Shown: in pieces, positions 60,443 through 64,000 of the stretch
Layout: each line of letters starts with the position of its first letter
Numbering within the stretch: position 1 is the first letter of the stretch
DNA from: Felis catus
Taxonomy: Eukaryota
Reading direction: 5' to 3'
DNA length: 64,000 nucleotides
Assembly (NCBI RefSeq): GCF_018350175.1
Contig: NC_058383.1
Span: forward strand, 4,900,001 to 4,964,000
Notes under the pieces: generated by a model
What the model saw: only the letters and a program-made list of their open reading frames with translations
What the model was told of the DNA's origin: nothing
The model's database searches: none
Translations under genes and position numbers: made by a program

Positions 60443-61639
60443 GCACTTACACGTGTCGTTCGTGTCTGTACAGTGACGTACTCTTCCACTGGATGTTTGC
60501 GGGAAGGCCTGTTTTACTGGCTAGTTTTACAGCAATCGCGTTTGAAAAGCTTTCTGTCTGAACAAAAATGAAGTCTTCTTGGATAGTTTTTTTCTTGGAG
60601 CTCTGGGCTAAAGACTGAGATTGCAAAGGCATCTGATTTAACCCCACCGAACGCTAGGAAATGACGGTAAATTGGTCTCTTTAAAAAGCATAAATACACC
60701 AGGATGGGGAGAGAAGAGAAGGAACAGATGGTTGACTGGAGGAAACAGGATCTTACGTGGAGGAGGAAAGACCAGAACTGCCCTGGGTTACAGCTCAGAT
60801 TCCCCAGGCACCTGGGACAGAGCGCGGCACAGGACTAGTCAGGTGAGCTGGTCTGCCAGAAAGCTGGAAGAAATCTGGCCCTTGGTTCGCGCTGGGGTGG
60901 AGGGGGCCCCGGACAGCAGCGCACTCGAAGGCAAGGGGATGAGGTCTCTCAGCTTCTCACCCTTGGCTGCCAGAACCTTCATGAAGAGTCTCCAAGTTAT
61001 CTGACCTCTAGAGACCCTTCCCTCAGGGCCTCTGAGCTGTCACAGCCATTAACGCCTTAGGTTCCGCAAACCTGCAAAGGCCCATTTAGAAAACTCCAGT
61101 TCAGATGCCACGGTGATGTCCAGTTGCTGTGAGTTTGGGTTCTAGACACAGTTCCTGTACACTCGGGGCAGAAAGCTGACAGATCTGAGACGCCCGTGGA
61201 CGCCACCTGTGGGCTTGTTTCCAATCTGCTTTGTAAAGGCTGTCGACCTTTAAGCCCGAGGCCAAGGACCACCAGGCACGTGAGCGACCGGGAGAAACAA
61301 GCGACCGGGAGAAACTTCCAGCTACCCCCACCACAGCTTGCGGACAGAGAAGACAGATCCCAACACTGAAAAAGTGGCAGAGAATGAGAAAGAACACCTG
61401 AAAGTTAAAAGCAAGAAAGATGAACTCCAAAGCAGCCAGGCGGCGGCCACCTGCAGAAGGGCAGGCAGGACAGAGGGGGAAGTACAAGGGACAGCAGCCG
61501 CACAGGGTGTGCAAGGCGGGAAGACATCCCACACAACTGCAGTGGCCAAGACATGAGAGCACGGGTTCCCCACATGCTTCTTTCTCAGGAAACACCCGGA
61601 GAATGTGTTTAGCAAGAGGAAGCAAGAGACAAGGAGCCG

Positions 61640-61760
61640 GGGGCACCGGCTGGCTCGGTAGGTAGAGCAGTGCCTCCTGATCTTGGGGTCGGAGTCTGAG
61701 CCCCACATTGGAGGTAGAGATTACTAAAAAAATAAACTCAAAAAAAAAAAAACCAAAAAC
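61640..61760 (+). mobile_element. Short old Can-SINE
   Basis: GGGGCACCGGCTGGCTCGGTAGGTAGAGC...GAGCCCCACATTGGAGGTAGAGATTAC plus A tail. Confidence 0.8.
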
Positions 61761-62959
61761 ATCGACACATAAGAAAAGTGGTGGCCAGAGGATTCTGAGA
61801 CTTTAGGAAAATGCAAATTGCTGAAACTCAGCAAACATCCTGAGGAATTTCGGTATCGGCTGGAAGTCTGCAGTTAAATCGTGAAGCACACAGAAGAGCA
61901 AATAGTCTTAATTATCCTCAAAGAAATGAGTAGTTGTGCAGCACAGTCCTGTTCCTCAGTGGCTCAGCCAGGCGCATCTGCACAGTAACACGGATGCTAA
62001 ATAGCAAACACCAACCAGGATCGGGAAGGAAAGGTATGCCGGGGGCGGGGTGCCACTGGGAAAGAGCCGGGGCTCCCGGGAGAACCAGTGGTAACGGCTG
62101 AAACTGAAAACTGCAACCAGCACCAAAGTCCTGTGACTTCGCCAGACCCCCACGGAGGGGAGAGGGGCTGGAGGGTGAAGCAAAGAGCCGGCGGTCGCAT
62201 CAGGCACGCACGCACGCCTCTGTGACGAAGCCTCACCCAGCGGGACGGGTCCAGAGAGCTGGCGGTTTGGATCGGTGAACACGGGGAGATTTGGGGTGGG
62301 GAGGGAGCTGGGAACCGCGTGGGGGCTCTGTGTTCTCCCCCACACCCGGCCCTACGCATCCCTCTTTGCTAAGCAACTGGTGATAAAAACTGGTAGGTAA
62401 AAAGCTACATCACTTAGCCGTGTGGAGATAAAATGAAGGTTAAAAGAACTCAAACTGGTTGCCTTGGGGGAGGGTGTGATGGGAGACAGCGGTTTTTGTA
62501 GCAAACCTTCAGAACTACATGGTCTTGAAACTGCCTTTTAAAAACATCTTTAAAAAATACTCAAAAATAAAGCAATCTTCAGAATAATATAAAGGATTTA
62601 GAAAATGGATTCTGACATTACCTGTTCATTGAAGTACAGTTTCAGGCTTAAAGTCATAATCGGCCTCCTTCCCCCTTTTCGGGCTCCCAACAGCCGCCAG
62701 CTTTAGCCCAGAGCTCTGGCCCCAGTTGCACGAGCACCCATGTGGACGCCCCACCCGCATCCGAAGGTCCCAAACCGAGCCTGACTCCCCACCGGTCCCT
62801 GCTGACTCTTCAGCTTCTCCCCTGGAGGGGCCTCTCCCCGTCCCCCAGCATGAAAACCTGCACTGGAAATAAGTGTTTCCAAGCGCCTAGGATTTCAGGT
62901 GAGGCAAACGTACACACACCCCAGGAGGTCGTTCGAGCTCTCAAGAATTCAAGTATTAC

Positions 62960-64000
62960 AGTCATATATGATTCAAGGATTTATTAAGTCACACATGCAA
63001 AACATAACTGCTAATTGCATTAGCAAAAGATCAATGTAAAAACACTCCACAAGTCTGCAACGGTCAATTTAAAAAACTTTGTTCTAGTGGTTGAAAGGTC
63101 CAACCTTGGATTCTTGCCAGCGGGTAAGTTGTACAGAACTTGGTTAGCACGAGCACGGGCTTACAGAACCTCACAGACCCAAAGGAACGTGGTTGATTAG
63201 GCAGAGCGACAGGAAGCGTGTGTCCGGGGGAAGGCGGCCAGGAGGAGGGTCAGCATTAGTCAAGGTACAGTACTGGTGATCTGGCAAGACAGTGATGTTA
63301 CGAAAGTTCATAGTTTAGGAATATCTAAAATATTTCAAAAACTGTAAAGCTGCAACACATGATTTTTACACCTAGTTACTAGAAAACTAAGGAAAGCGAT
63401 TAGCTCTGAGTAAAGTAACAAGGGAACAGGAATGCACTTTCACTAATCTACAAAAAAAAAAAGTCTAATGCATTATCAGAAAGATTTTATAATACAAGGA
63501 GGCATATTGCTCATTAAGAAGGGGTTCTATAAGAAAAGCACTAAGTCAGCAACTATGGGAACGACCAGTTCAAAGATGAATTAAATGCCCGATCTCAGGA
63601 GGGATGGAGTCTAAGAAAAAAAGCTTAAAACACTTAGTGATGATACCGACCTTTCATCATTTACTGCATCTGACAGAAATTAACCTTTTAAGATTTTACC
63701 CGTGACACTTTCAGTTTAGTAATGACGTGCACAGTGTAGTGTTTTGTCAGAATACTGTCTTCGTCCTCTGATCGCGTCCCGTGGCCCGCACACCCTCCCC
63801 AGGTGCCCACGGCCACAGCGGACCCGTTCATCACAGGGGCGGGAGCCAGAGGGCGGTTCCAAATCTCAGCAAAAGCGAATACACTACTTAAAAAAAAAAA
63901 AAAATCTCACTACAAAATCAAAAAGATCGATCAGAGAGCTGAGTCATTACGCTCGTTCCAGGAGGACACACAGCTCGGTGCTGGGGGCGGCCTGGGGCCG
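62960..64000 (-). other. RAC1: Distal 3' UTR (last exon) of RAC1; CDS lies beyond the window end
   Basis: Reverse complement reads ...GTGGAGTGTTTTTACATTGATCTTTTGCTAATGCAATTAGC...TTTTGCATGTGTGACTTAATAAATCCTTGAATCATA, recognised as the RAC1 mRNA end; fits the convergent RAC1-DAGLB synteny. Confidence 0.85.
62980..62985 (-). terminator. RAC1: Polyadenylation signal of RAC1
   Basis: TTTATT on + (AATAAA on -) at the end of the conserved UTR block. Confidence 0.8.

Noticed and set aside
61283..61315. Tandem duplication AGCGACCGGGAGAAAC x2
   Set aside because: Simple two-copy local duplication with no further structure
61101..61708. 201-aa and 128-aa minus-strand ORFs between DAGLB and RAC1
   Set aside because: Begin in a SINE, non-ATG starts, no splice or homology support
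243..61760. Many similar 60-90 aa ORFs (MAQSVKRPT...; ...RERGRHRIRSRLQALS...) and tRNA-like A/B boxes
   Set aside because: All are translations or heads of Can-SINEs, not a gene family or true tRNA genes; dispersed repeats, not a CRISPR array

Overview
This is mammalian genomic DNA, almost certainly a cat-family (Felidae) species, judged from about 55 tRNA-derived Can-SINEs that include young felid SINEC_Fc-type copies. It holds two complete, intact + strand genes. KDELR2 has 5 coding exons (3881-19838; 639 nt, 212 aa). DAGLB has 15 coding exons (26275-59803; 2016 nt, 671 aa; catalytic S443/D495/H638). Each starts in a CpG-island promoter. The last ~1 kb is the distal 3' UTR of RAC1 on the - strand, matching the known KDELR2-DAGLB-RAC1 synteny. 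All splice junctions were read by hand and give open frames with GT-AG introns. The rest is SINEs, L1/L2/MIR fragments, an LTR and old DNA transposons. I see no evidence of a new multi-gene biological system. The best leads are regulatory or evolutionary: an open alternative frame in KDELR2 exon 5, an in-frame SINE-derived cryptic exon in DAGLB intron 3, clustered UPRE/CREB3-type sites at KDELR2, miR-142-3p and miR-101 sites, locally GC-shifted L1 fossils, and repeated reuse of retrotransposon target sites. Repeat family names and cross-species comparisons come from recall, not from a database search, and repeat boundaries are approximate.
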